NCBI GenBank assembly: GCA_013115145.1 | Contig: JAAPAO010000024.1 | Span: 1 to 64,000 of the forward strand | Length of the DNA: 64,000 bases | From: Perkinsus chesapeaki ATCC PRA-425 | Taxonomy: Eukaryota > Protista > Perkinsozoa | Direction of reading: 5' to 3' | Part shown: positions 60,594-64,000 of the stretch, piece after piece | Position numbering within the stretch: the stretch's first letter is position 1 | Layout: each line of letters begins with the position of its first letter | Translations under genes and position numbers: made by a program | The notes under the pieces: model-generated | Databases searched by the model: none | Told to the model about the DNA's origin: nothing | The model's input: only the letters and a program-made list of their open reading frames with translations

Positions 60594-63500
60594 TCATCTT
60601 CCACTATGATAAGCGTGCATTCCAGAAGGGTGCATAAGTGATGCCGGTGATAACGAAGCAACAGTGCTCGGTGAGGCCGCAGTACCCCGACGAGATCCTA
60701 ACAATAAATAACCACAACCAACACTGTTGCCTACTTGGCCCAGGATGAGGAGGTATGGCTGTTGGCTTCTCAATAGGATCACTCTCTACCCAAACTGTAA
60801 ACCAATCGACGTCAGGGTGAGGCGGGCAGGGGGGAATGTCCCGAATCTCATCCTCCCTCACTCCTAACAAGTCCCATCACAGCAACAGTGAAGCGATACT
60901 TACCTATCTTAATGTTAGTTCGTTCATGACTATAGACGAGAAGGTTCTGACAAAGTGCACCGAGGCGGAACAGAAGGCCGCTCAAACGATACCACGGGAA
61001 GGTTATGCAACTGAGCAAGGATACGGTAGGGCGGCGGCTGCTGCGGAGAGCAGACTGGCTACGTGCAGAGGGTACTGCGGAGCTCCTTCCTCTCACGCAG
61101 TACAACGATTTGGAAGACGGCAACAACAAAATAGAGGAGGGCAGTGAAGACCATAGTCATCATAAGGAGGCCCATCCAATCTCTTAATAGAAGACCGCAT
61201 AGAAGGAATATGCGTAACCAGTCCAATACGATAGCGAGTAACTGTTAAAGATTGTGAGTTAGCGGAGAGAGCGGTATGAAATACCTCCTGTAGGAAATAG
61301 GGCTTCAAGGCTAAACTAGGAACATGGCAGAATGATGCAGGATGGAATACTTCAAATAAATAGGAGAACGTCTTCTTGTGAGACGTTAATTCCCAAGACT
61401 TCACACGTTGACGGAATAATACCTAATAATCTTTGTAACTTAGCGGCGAGAGCGGTATGAAGACTCACCGTCCAGGAATCAGGTGCGTAGGTTGGCACTA
61501 TTGCCTGCGCACAGGATATTATCTTAGAACTATCTCTTTTACGTAATAAAGAAAGTCCCATGTACCTTAGAGAAAATGGAGAGCAATACAGACGGATGAA
61601 TGCTTACATATCTTCACCATTGAAGACAGTATCATGCTCATAGAAAACTTCATCCATGGCTTCCCTATCCCAGAGGGCTATAGCTCCATGGCACGACAGG
61701 CACCTAATGACGATGATAGATACAAGCGAGATGGTGCGGAGGAGGAGCAGCATTACCGTGACATGGTTGCCTGTAGTAACTTGTGTACAGCAGCCATCTT
61801 ATACTCTACATCTTGACATCTGACTAGAAGGTTAGGACGACCATCAGGGGAGGCAGCAGTGATAGGGAAATGTACCTACACGAGGGTGGTAAAGGAGGAC
61901 AACAACCAACAAGGGGATATGGTGGATACGAGTAGTTCGGAGGTCTAAGAAAATTTCTTGAGATTTCGGTCAATTTCGGCACCACCTGGCCCTCAGAGGG
62001 AATAAGCCGGGACGGTTCAGTGAGAAAATTCGGCGCTTAGTGGTGCAGCGACTGTTGTCCATGCCGCCGCACCCGAACACTAATTTTTCACTATTCGGGT
62101 GACCCAAATAGAAGTAGAAAGAAGTAGTGTTGAGGTTTACGATAGATGATCCAAGGAGATATGCCAATAAGTGTTATCCCACCGCTTTGATAGTATGATC
62201 CTTCTCCAGATGCTCTTGTGGTATATGAAGGTCTGAAGGTAAGGGTACATCATCATCAATAATGACAGCAAATCTAACAAGAAGAATAAGACAGTCTCAA
62301 GTTGAATACCGTCGTCATCATCCTCTTCCTACCTGAAGTCCTTTATTCTAGAGTAACGTGATAAGAAGGGTATCCAATATTTATTACACCAATAAAAGGC
62401 GAAGGTCTTGTTACCCTCGGGGATATATAAGTAATTGATATCGGGGTGAACCTAAGACAGCAGAGGCATTCAAAGTCAATAGAAGGCATACTCAAAGTCA
62501 ATAGAAGGCATACTCAAAGTCAATAGAAGGCATACTCAAAGTCAATAGAAGGCATACTCAAAGTCAATAGAAGGCATACTCAAAGTCAATAGAAGGCATA
62601 CTCAAAGTCAATAGAAGGNNNNNNNNNNNNNNNNNNNNNNNNNNNNNNNNNNNNNNNNNNNNNNNNNNNNNNNNNNNNNNNNNNNNNNNNNNNNNNNNNN
62701 NNNNNNNNNNNNNNACGGCATACTCAAAGTCAATAGAGGGCATACTCAAAGTCAATAGAAGGCATACTCAAAGTCAATAGAGGGCATATTCCAAGTCGAT
62801 ATTAAAGCACCTCACCTGTTGCACTGCCCATTGAGTATGGTCCTGTGGACTTAGAGTTGGACCATTGTCGCATACAAAGATGTGGCCCGGTGGGAATACC
62901 ATCATAGCAGAACGAAGAGTGTTAGTGAAGGACTCAAAGCGTTCAATGGTCATAGTGGACATGTGGCAGGCTATCATAAGACAACAGTCACGAGTCATCG
63001 ACTGGTTCATAACCTAACAGGGAGAAGAAGCCCCGTTATATAAACCACAGAACTGAATGTACATAGGATATTCAATATCAAAGATAAGAAATATTATTAT
63101 TCGATAAGTCAGGAGCGAATTCTAAAACTTACAAAATCGGCGGTAACTGTGTCTTCACTGCTGTCACGACTAATGTTGAGATCGACCGTGATATCATCCC
63201 GAGGGCCATCCAGGCGGTCAGGTTCATCACAAATATCATCATGCTCATAAGGACGACGGCCCTCTTCCATCGCAGTGTTGGTGGCCACCTCATCAACAGC
63301 TATCTTCATAGCCACCTATTAACAAAATGATGATCTATAACAGTGGTAGTGGTGGTGGGCTACCTGAAGGTGCCGACTGAAGACAGGTGCTCGAGGCCAT
63401 TTAACAACACAGCATGCTATAAGGAAAAGGAATGTGTCCAAGAGGACATCAACAAAGATGAGGAGGTCGAGCCAAGATGACATACGCCAGATAGATATGT

Positions 63501-64000
63501 TACCGAAAAGGGCATCCAATGCCTAACAAAAGAAGACACCTGCGCTGACGCACTAGTAGGAATGCTCACCGTTCGCTTTGTTTTCACTTGCTGTGGTGAG
63601 AAATATATTATTAGGTAAAGAGTGACGATAATGAGTAATATAAAGAATATATTCAATAGAACTGTCCGGAACCTTTGCTTGGTGAGGAAGGTCGTCAACT
63701 TTTGTTCTCTCAATTCCTTCCACTGTCTTAGCCTCCTCCTCCAAGCGTTGCTCTCATATCTCTTACGAGGGTCTCGGGACCGCAACTGTGACCGCCTGAA
63801 CACAAAACTCCGTCCCCATCCCCGGCGGTGGTGGTATAACTTACACTTTACTGTCACTTAACATACCAGCGCTTCCTCCCATGCTATCATAGGGTCCAGA
63901 TCCCCTCGGTGATGGTGTATGATGACCAGATGTATTAGGTACTGGTGATAGGCCAGCAAAGCTTCGCGGTGTGGCACGTGGAGTGGCACCAGTTTGGCCC
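60594..64000 (-). CDS. Processive-type family 2 glycosyltransferase, copy 2; 5' end runs off the window
   Basis: Exon-by-exon paralogy with 54004-57355 (DCCLMIACH, IFVCDNGP, KSWELTSHKK, IRDIPPCPPH). Confidence 0.82.
62465..62790. repeat. 22-bp minisatellite (GCATACTCAAAGTCAATAGAAG)n inside a GT2 intron, interrupted by an assembly gap
   Basis: Head-to-tail copies on both sides of the N-run, with no spacers. Confidence 0.93.
62619..62714. other. Assembly gap (96 N)
   Basis: Run of N inside the minisatellite. Confidence 1.

Noticed and set aside
60230-60600. Several 60-90 aa ORFs in an AT-rich tract
   Set aside because: Low-complexity ATG/ATA/GCA triplet-rich intergenic sequence.
62465-62790. 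CRISPR-like look of the 22-bp repeats
   Set aside because: Head-to-tail with no spacers, in a eukaryotic intron, and no cas genes.

Overview
Eukaryotic, gene-dense nuclear DNA with many short (about 40-60 nt) GT-AG introns and the standard genetic code. The EF2 sequence and gene architecture suggest a myzozoan alveolate, most likely Perkinsus (inference). Recognisable genes are an A1 aspartic protease, TRM7/FTSJ1, a crotonase-family enzyme ending in SKL, RPF2, a NIPA-type Mg2+ transporter, a DEAH helicase, a DIX+J-domain protein, tRNA-Ala(CGC), EF2 and a chromodomain protein. Further on are an acyl-CoA dehydrogenase ending in ARL, a RING-H2 ligase, and tandem pairs of secreted 10-Cys proteins, isochorismatase-like proteins, TMEM256/DUF423 proteins and processive GT2 glycosyltransferases. 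The most striking unexplained signal is in one large hypothetical gene. Six (possibly seven) of its short spliceosomal introns, between 28.2 and 33.8 kb, each consist largely of a tRNA 3' half (T-arm, acceptor strand and discriminator, usually followed by a T-run). They occur in both orientations and their T-stems look chimeric. Multi-exon CDS coordinates are gene spans from manual splicing and should be confirmed with RNA-seq.
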